Origin: Mobula hypostoma
Lineage: Eukaryota
Reading direction: 5' to 3'
Assembly (NCBI RefSeq): GCF_963921235.1
Contig: NC_086098.1
Location: 6,138,001-6,202,000 of the forward strand
Length of the DNA stretch: 64,000 bases
Positions within the stretch are counted from its first letter, which is position 1. Each line of letters begins with the position of its first letter. This document shows, in pieces, positions 62,481-64,000 of this stretch. Position numbers and translations under genes: made by a program. The notes beneath the pieces were generated by a model, which was not told where the DNA came from, made no database searches, and saw only the letters and a program-made list of their open reading frames with translations.

Positions 62481-62807
62481 GAGACAGGTGTGGTAGTTAG
62501 GGGTGTGGAGGGTGAGTTAGTGGGTGGAGGTGTTGACACAAGTAACTGATTATTTGTACATAAAGTGACGCTAGATGATATGTATGTAGTGATGGTGGGG
62601 CGTGGTGTGGTGGGGTAGTGGCTGGAGGTGTCAGTTACCTTACCTCTTGGGGGAAGTAACTGTTTTTGAGTATGGTGGCCTTGGCATGGATGGCATGCCT
62701 CCATTTCACTGATGGGAGAGGGACAAATAGTCCATGGGCAGGGTGGATAGGATCCTTCACATGTTACTGGCCCCTTCCTGGCACCTTTCTGTGCATATGT
62801 GCTTGAT

Positions 62808-62939
62808 GATGGGTTGGCTAATACCCTCTTTATTCCTAGACTGGTCATGGATGCGGGTTGGCTAGAGCTCTCTTTAATCCTGGATTGTTCATTGATGGTG
62901 GGTTGGCTAGTGACTCATTAATCCTAGACTGCTCATTGA
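62808..62939. repeat. Minisatellite, about 44-bp unit x3
   Basis: Repeated gggttggcta...atcctagactg.tcattga. Confidence 0.8.
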
Positions 62940-63321
62940 ACACTGCTTCAATCATAACTTTAAATTATATCTAGGGTAGATCTTGACTTTGCCCAGAAAT
63001 TCATAAGACATAGAAACAGAATTAGGCCTTTTGGTCCATTGGGTCTGCTGCCGCCATTCGACTGTATCTGATTGGTTATCCTTCTCAACCCTATTCTCCT
63101 GTAACCTTTGACACCCTGACGAATCAAGACCTATCAACCTCCACTTTAAATGTACCCAATGACGTGGCCTCCACAGTCAACTGTGGCGATGAATTCCTTC
63201 TGGCTGAAGAAACTCCTCTTCGTATCTGTTCTAAAGGAACATCCTTGCATTCTGAGGCTGTGCTTCCTGTTGCTAGACTCTCCCATTATAGGAGAGTCTC
63301 TTGGTATCCATTCTGTTTCAT

Positions 63322-63905
63322 TATCATCATCATTATGTACCGTGTCAAATGACATCAGCAATCATGGTCTTTCCATTACTGAGATTGTCCTTGGCAAATT
63401 TTTCTACAGAAATGGTTTGCCATTGCTTTCTTCTGGACAGTGCCTTTACAAGATGGGTGACCCCAACCATTATCACTGAACTTCAGAGTTTGTCTGCCTG
63501 GCATCAGTGGTTGCATAACCAGGACTATGAAATGCACCAGCTGCTCATATGACCATCCACCACCAGCTCCTATGGCTTCACATGACCCCGATCGGGAGGG
63601 CTAAGCAAGTGCTACACCTTGCCCAAAGGTGACCTGCATAGAAACAAAGAAACATAGAAAACTTACAGCACAATACAGGCCTTTCGGCCCACAAAGCTGT
63701 GCCGAACATGTCCTTACCTAAGAAATTACCTAGGGTTACCCATAGCCCTCTATTTTTCTGAGCTCCATGTACCTGTCCAAGAGACTCTTAAAAGACCCTA
63801 TCGTTTCCACCTCCACCACCACTGCCGGCTGCCCATTCCAAGCACAAACTAGCAAAGGGAAGGAGCATCTTACTCTTCCTTTGGAAGACTCATAGCTCCA
63901 GTCTG
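63322..63905 (-). mobile_element. RTE-related SINE copy interrupted by a CR1 3' end (63639-63845)
   Basis: Reverse complement of the 6602/22270 family; inserted CR1 has a (tagaaaca)n tail. Confidence 0.75.
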
Positions 63906-64000
63906 CCACTTTTCACTCTTATCTAATCCTTTCAACATTTGGTAGGTTCCAACGAGATCCCTCCTTATTCTTCTAAATTGCAATAAATACAGGCTCTAAC

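Overview
This is eukaryotic, repeat-dominated vertebrate DNA, not prokaryotic. The repeat mix (CR1 LINEs with 7-8 nt microsatellite tails, V-domain tRNA SINEs, Rex1/Babar, RTE, Penelope-like elements and Tc1 remnants) suggests a cartilaginous fish such as a ray or shark; that assignment is inference. I found no host protein-coding exon, rRNA, true tRNA or CRISPR array. Every recognisable ORF is a transposon remnant, so the window is intronic or intergenic. The most notable signal is a family of Penelope-derived fold-back insertions that carry minimal hammerhead ribozyme cores (CTGANGA-A-stem II-GAAA-CGTC) and are flanked by 13-14 bp target-site duplications (TSDs). Other observations: RT-less Rex1 deletion derivatives, a SINE and its partner RTE LINE in the same window, a probable 3' transduction present twice, a chimeric CR1, CCAAT-containing tandem monomers at a CR1 5' end, and a nested solo LTR. 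Family names come from motif recognition by eye, not database searches. Element boundaries are approximate unless a TSD is given.
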